Assembly: GCA_963806635.1 (NCBI GenBank)
Contig: CAWDZA010000002.1
Span: 68,048-100,047, forward strand
DNA length: 32,000 bases
Origin: an uncultured Chloroflexia bacterium
Lineage (GTDB): Bacteria > Chloroflexota > Anaerolineae > Anaerolineales > Anaerolineaceae
Direction of reading: 5' to 3'
In this document: piece by piece, positions 27,665-32,000 of the stretch
Layout of the letters: every line of letters starts with the position of its first letter
Position numbering within the stretch: the stretch's first letter is position 1
Translations under genes and position numbers: made by a program
Notes under the pieces: model-generated
Databases searched by the model: none
Seen by the model: the letters and a program-made list of their open reading frames with translations, nothing else
What the model was told of the DNA's origin: nothing

Positions 27665-28338
27665 ACCTTATCCACCCCGGTCGCTTCCAGCTCTTTCACC
27701 CTCGGATTGTCCCGATACACCCCGCGGTACTCCTCCGGCAGCAGCACAGCCATTCGGCACATCACCTCGTCCGTCCAGCGCTCCATCTCCGCTTCGCGGT
27801 TCTCCCGCCCGATCTCGGGGATGACAATCGGCGGGCCAAAAGTCGCCTTCATCTTCGGCTTCCGGAAGTGCAGCAGCTCGCGCACACCGTTTGCTGTCCC
27901 GGTGATCCCAACCGGCACGATCGGCGCCCCGCTGCGAATTGCCAGGAAGACAATACCGGATTTGCCCGGCAGCAAGCCCCCAGTGGTGCTGCGGGTGCCC
28001 TCCGGGGAAACCCCCAGGCAGCCGCCTTTCTTTAAATGATCCAATCCAGATTTAATGGCGGTGAAATCGGCAATATCGCGGTCGATCCAGATGGCTTCTC
28101 CCATCCAGGCCAGGGGGGCGATGAGAAGGTTCTTTTTGTATTTGGTGGTGAGCACGCAGGTGATATCCGGGCGGGCAGGGATATCAAGGAGTACCGGGAT
28201 ATCTAGCCGGCTGAGATGATTGGTGGCGATCAGCACGCCGCCCGAGGGGGGGAGGTATTCCATCCCCTCGTAGGATGTTTTCGTAAGTGCTTTTAGCAAA
28301 TAGTGAACGATGCTAAAAAGGAATTCCCGCTTTCCCAT
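27661..28338 (-). CDS. plsC: 1-acyl-sn-glycerol-3-phosphate (lysophospholipid) acyltransferase family protein
   Basis: 225 aa with the HX4D motif 'NHLSRLD' and the 'VSPEGTRS' motif. GGAGG lies 8 nt upstream of the ATG at 28338. Confidence 0.8.
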   Translation of the reverse strand: MGKREFLFSIVHYLLKALTKTSYEGMEYLPPSGGVLIATNHLSRLDIPVLLDIPARPDITCVLTTKYKKNLLIAPLAWMGEAIWIDRDIADFTAIKSGLDHLKKGGCLGVSPEGTRSTTGGLLPGKSGIVFLAIRSGAPIVPVGITGTANGVRELLHFRKPKMKATFGPPIVIPEIGRENREAEMERWTDEVMCRMAVLLPEEYRGVYRDNPRVKELEATGVDKV

Positions 28339-28434
28339 GGTCCAACCTCCAATAATCCGATCTGGATTGAGTATATCAAAATTGAAGCGCTTCCCGCGTT
28401 GTGATTCAATAATCTCACCTGTATTGGCATGAAA

Positions 28435-28467
28435 ACAGCGTGCTCGAGGTATCCTCGAGCACGCTGT
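28435..28467 (-). terminator. rho-independent terminator after the J-domain/DsbA/cyclophilin gene
   Basis: A perfect 15-bp stem acagcgtgctcgagg(28435-28449)/cctcgagcacgctgt(28453-28467) with a 3-nt loop lies 36 nt after the stop at 28503. TTTTC follows on the minus strand. Confidence 0.7.
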
Positions 28468-28502
28468 GATGTCCTTCTTATTGCTTATTTATGACCAGGG
28501 GA

Positions 28503-30101
28503 TCATTTCTCCTGGATGGTCACCGAAAGGATCGTATCCGCGGTGGGCAGAGTGCCGCCCTGGGAAGGATCGCGTTTGGTGAGCGCGTTGACCACGTCCA
28601 TACCCTCCACCACCCGGCCAAAGATGGTGTAATTGCCATCCAGGTTGGGCTGTGGGGCGAGGGTAATAAAGAACTGCGAACCATTCGTTCCGGAACCTGA
28701 ATTAGCCATGCCCAGAACGCCGGCGGCGTCAAACTTGAGATCAGGGCTGATCTCATCCCCGAACTGGTAGCCCGGTCCGCCCAGGCCCGTGCCGGTGGGG
28801 TCGCCCGTCTGGGCAACGAAGCCATCCAGCACACGGTGGAAGGGCACGCCATCGAACCATTTATTTTGGGCCAGGAATACCAGGCTGTTGACGGTGAGCG
28901 GGGCCTGCTTCGCAAAAAGCTCCACCACGATATCACCCTTGGTGGTCTGGATGGTGGCAGTATATTGCTTATTGGGGTCGACCACCATCGGCGGGCATTC
29001 CTTATATGACTTCTGCTCCAGTTTCCAAATATTCAGAACGGCATCCAGGTTTTCCTTGCTCAGTCCGATGGAATCGTTTGGATCCACGTTCACGGCAAAG
29101 ACAAGTTTGCCGCCCATTTCAATGAAGACGGAAGGCGTGGCGTTGACGCCCACATTCCCCGCCGCGGTGCGGAACTCTTCCACTTTCTTGACCATGGCAT
29201 CGCTTGTGAGGTCTTTGGTGAACTGCTCTGCATCCAGTCCAATTTCACCTGCTTTTCCAATGACCCAGGTCTGAAAGTCCTCGGGGGTCATCGCAGCCCA
29301 GGTCTGCCAGGTATCCGGGTTGAAGAGCACGTCGTGCATCTCCCAGAATTTACCTTGCAGGGAGGCTGCTTCGGCCGCCTGGAGGGCGATGGCGGATTTA
29401 TCGTGGCTGAGAGGGAAGTGCCGGTAAACGAAGCGGACGTCGTTGGGGTTGTCTTTGATGAATTGCTCCATCACGGGAGCAAGCTGGGCGCAGTACGGTC
29501 AGGTAAAGTCTGAATATTCGATGATGGTCATCACCGCATCTGCAGGACCTTTAACATAGTCCGTGCTGCTGACGGGCGGCAGTTTGGCAGCGTACTCCGT
29601 TTTCTCGGGTGGGAAGATCGAGGTGGCTGGCAGGCATTCACCAGGTTTGGCACCCACGATCTCCGGCACGGCCGTGGCAGCGGAGGGGGTTAATTCATTT
29701 CCGGCTGACTCCACCTGGGTGGTGCTCGCGCTGTTCTGGCTGCCGATGGGCAGGAATCTGCCCGCCAGCCCCGCGCCAACGATCAGCAGCAGGACAACAA
29801 CTCCGCCGAGCACATACAGCCAGGTGCGGTTCTTTGGTTTTTGCGCCGTTCCGGGAACTTCGTCAGGCGTTTTTACGCTCTTATCCGCTGCATAGCGGTC
29901 GTAATCCGCCCGGCGGGTTTTATCGGAAAGCACCTGGTAGGCTTCCTCGATGGCGGCAAAGTCCTTTTCCGCCTTGTCTTTCTGGGCGGGGTCCTCGAAT
30001 TTATCGGGGTGGAATGCCTGAAGGAGGAACTGGTAGCGCTCCTCAATTTCCTTTTTGCTCGCGTTCTTTGGGACACCAATAATATCGTAATAATCTTTCA
30101 T
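28503..30101 (-). CDS. J-domain / TM / DsbA-like thioredoxin-fold / cyclophilin PPIase fusion protein, interrupted by one in-frame TGA (29499-29501) at the first Cys position of CxxC; candidate selenoprotein, otherwise a nonsense-disrupted gene
   Basis: ORFs 29499..30188 and 28503..29474 share a frame (996 nt apart) and are separated only by TGA. The sequence reads ...[11 protein letters not shown]-[TGA][30 protein letters not shown]...[12 protein letters not shown], one continuous DsbA-type domain with U/C-P-Y-C. The N-terminus '[10 protein letters not shown]...FHPDKF...YQVLSD' is a J domain with HPD, followed by the TM '[21 protein letters not shown]'. The C-terminus is cyclophilin ('[15 protein letters not shown]...[17 protein letters not shown]...IFGRVV'). 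The ATG at 30101 has GAGAGG upstream, 4 nt after the tmk stop. Confidence 0.6.
29463..29501 (-). other. in-frame UGA plus downstream hairpin (candidate bacterial SECIS)
   Basis: The mRNA reads UGA-CCGUACUGCGCCCAGC-UUGCUCC-CGUGAU-GGAGCAA. A 7-bp perfect stem starts 16 nt after UGA. The 6-nt loop has G at its second position and starts after 23 nt. Confidence 0.4.
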
Positions 30102-30105
30102 ATAT

Positions 30106-30735
30106 CTACCTCTCTTGGATTGCCGGCAGGCGGGAATCGACCGCCGCACGAATTTGGGATTGTACCACACTGCTTTCGTGGGCGGCATCGATGACCACCC
30201 AGCGCTGAGGCGCTTCCGCGGCCAGCTTCAAGTAACCGGCGCGCACCCGCTGGTGCAGCTCCAGCTGGTAATCGTCCATACGGTTCCATTCACCTCCGCC
30301 GCTTTTGCGGCGTTTCAAGCCCTGCTCGGCGTCTATATCCAACAACAGGGTCAGATCGGGAACGAGGCCCCCTGTGGCGAAATTCAGTATCTGGCGCAGC
30401 TGATCCAGGTCGTTGCCATGCCCGTAGCCCTGGTAAGCCAGGGTGGAATCGGCGTAGCGGTCGGAGATGACCACCTCGCCTTTTTCCAGATGAGGGCGAA
30501 TCACTTCGGCCACAAGTTGGGCGCGGGCAGAGCAGAAGAGCAGGGTTTCGGTGCGCGGATCCATGCCCTGGTTGCGCATGTTCATCAGGATCTCCCGCAC
30601 CTGGTCGCTGATCTCGGTACCCCCCGGTTCGCGGGTGGTAAGGACGGTGTACCCCTGCGAGCGTAGATGATCTGCCAGGGGCAGCATCTGGCTGGTCTTT
30701 CCGCTTCCATCGGGGCCTTCAAGAGTAATGAACAT
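30106..30735 (-). CDS. tmk: thymidylate kinase (dTMP kinase)
   Basis: Has 'MFITLEGPDGSGKTSQ' (P-loop), 'DRYADST' and 'PDLTLLLD'. I prefer the ATG at 30735; the ORF track's upstream extension to 30828 has no homology-like sequence. Confidence 0.9.
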   Translation of the reverse strand: MFITLEGPDGSGKTSQMLPLADHLRSQGYTVLTTREPGGTEISDQVREILMNMRNQGMDPRTETLLFCSARAQLVAEVIRPHLEKGEVVISDRYADSTLAYQGYGHGNDLDQLRQILNFATGGLVPDLTLLLDIDAEQGLKRRKSGGGEWNRMDDYQLELHQRVRAGYLKLAAEAPQRWVVIDAAHESSVVQSQIRAAVDSRLPAIQER

Positions 30736-30862
30736 ATCTATTTTTCGTTTCGCAGAGGCGCAGGGGAGGGAAAAAGCGTGCAGGCGAAGCATGGAAATGC
30801 AAGGTAGAGTACCATTCTGCTTCGGCAATCGTGTTTTAATCTTTGCATCTCTACGTTAACCA

Positions 30863-32000
30863 TCAATCTTTAAATATCCGCACCCGCCGGTTGGGATCCT
30901 TGCCGTAGGAATGCGAAACGAGCTCCGCCTGGCGGGCCAGGTCGTGCTGCAGGCGGCGGACGGAGGGTGTTGCGGGTGGCAGGTCCACAAAGCGCTGCCC
31001 GTTGAGCACCGCCTGGATGGCAGCCTGGGTCTGCTCGGCGGCGGATTCGTAATCACCATTCACATATCCGCCGGAGGGCAGGTTGAAAAGCTCGCCCAGG
31101 GCCTGTTCCATCTGGGTGACGGTGTTGGCGCGCAGGACGTAGATCGGTGACGCCGCGGGCTTCGGCTTCCAGGATCACCTGCTGGCGGTTGCGGTAGTAG
31201 GTGCGCAGGGTGATGAGCACCTCGGCATCGCCGGGCTCGCGGGTGATGATGGCCGGCACGCCCATGCGTTTGGCAGCCTGCAGCAGGCGGTTGCGTGCCA
31301 CCCCGTAGGGATAAATACGGATCGCGGGCAGCGCGGAGAGTTCCGGCGGATACTGCTCGCCATTGGTCACTTCCTCGCGGCGGCGAGGTTCGCGATCGGT
31401 GGAAAGCGGGGTACCCTCCACCCGCAAAGGTGCGGCGCTGCCCCTGCACAGCCTGGCGCTGGATGGGCGGGGTGGAGGCTTTTTCGGTGTGGATGCCGCC
31501 TTCGGCATCCCGCGAGCGGATCTCGGGGTGCAGCGGGTAGCCGCGCACCAGTTCATCCACCGCTTCGGCCACATCGTGGATGAACGACCAGCCGGTCGCG
31601 TTCCTGGATCTCGACCAGCACGTCGAAGGTGGGCGGGGCGCGGCGCTCGAGGACGGTCTTCTGCGTGCCGCGGCGGCGGGCTTCTTCATCAGAAAGGGTC
31701 ACGGATTCGATCCCGCCGATCAGGTCGGAGAGGGTGGGGTTGAGGAGCAGGTTTTCGAGGGTGCGTCCGTGGGCGGTGGCCACAAGCTGCACACCGCGCT
31801 CGGCGATGGTGCGGGCAGCCAGGGCTTCCAGCTCGCGCCCGATCTCATCGATGACGATCACCTCGGGGTTGTGGTTCTCGACTGCCTCGATCATCACCTC
31901 ATGCTGCAGGGTGGGCAGTGCGCACCTGCATGCGGCGCGCGCGTCCCACGGCCGGGTGGGGCACATCGCCATCCCCGCCGATCTCGTTGGAGGTATCCAC
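30863..32000 (-). pseudogene. R3H-domain AAA ATPase (ycf45/SpoIIIAA-like), 5'-partial at window edge; at least four frame breaks (~31917-31926, ~31588-31602, ~31430-31460, ~31146-31152)
   Basis: The minus strand from 32000 gives '[26 protein letters not shown]'. It then changes frame to '[51 protein letters not shown]...[11 protein letters not shown]'. Further frame changes give '[24 protein letters not shown]', then 'IRIYPYGVARNRLLQAAKRMGVPAIITREPGDAEVLITLRTYYRN', then the R3H end 'PIYVLRANTVTQMEQALGELF...RRLQHDLARQAELVSHSYGKDPNRRVRIF'. Confidence 0.8.

Noticed and set aside
29499-29501. Alternative genetic code (TGA = Trp/Gly) as the explanation for the in-frame TGA
   Set aside because: TGA cleanly terminates several well-bounded genes here, for example at 20504-20506, 27661-27663 and 30863-30865. 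The G+C-rich composition is also unlike known code-4/25 lineages.
30785-30824. Imperfect hairpin (cgaagca...tgcttcg) between the R3H ATPase gene and tmk as a terminator
   Set aside because: The stem is interrupted by a bulge and a long loop, and the T-run lies 9 nt away. The genes appear to form one co-oriented unit.
1-32000. Scan for rRNA, tRNA, CRISPR arrays, transposases/integrases and prophage genes
   Set aside because: I could see no tRNA-like cloverleaf in the few intergenic gaps over 100 nt. I found no regularly spaced direct repeats and no ORF with transposase, integrase or phage hallmarks.

Overview
A G+C-rich bacterial chromosomal window, possibly Chloroflexota/Anaerolineae-like judging by gene content (unverified). 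It has about 24 genes, mostly on the minus strand. Housekeeping genes: priA, clpC, a DUF559 endonuclease, an aminotransferase, a sugar nucleotidyltransferase, an M3 oligoendopeptidase, radA, holA, a PlsY-like protein, galE, comEC, plsC, tmk and an R3H/AAA ATPase. Between about 14.8 and 28.3 kb lies a cell-envelope glycosylation locus: a GtrB-like GT2, a methyltransferase-GT2 fusion, GT87, and several large GT-C-like membrane proteins. Part of this locus is visibly more A/T-rich than its flanks. Three observations stand out. (1) A J-domain/TM/DsbA-like/cyclophilin fusion is interrupted by a single in-frame TGA at the first Cys of its CxxC motif, with a hairpin 16 nt downstream, making it a candidate selenoprotein (UxxC). 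(2) About 13 frame breaks fall in only six conserved genes, while the other 18 CDS (about 19 kb) are intact. This suggests assembly indels rather than true pseudogenes. (3) A 3TM + beta-rich module occurs both as a standalone gene and fused to a GT-C-like protein in the adjacent, translationally coupled gene. I found no rRNA, tRNA, CRISPR array or transposase.
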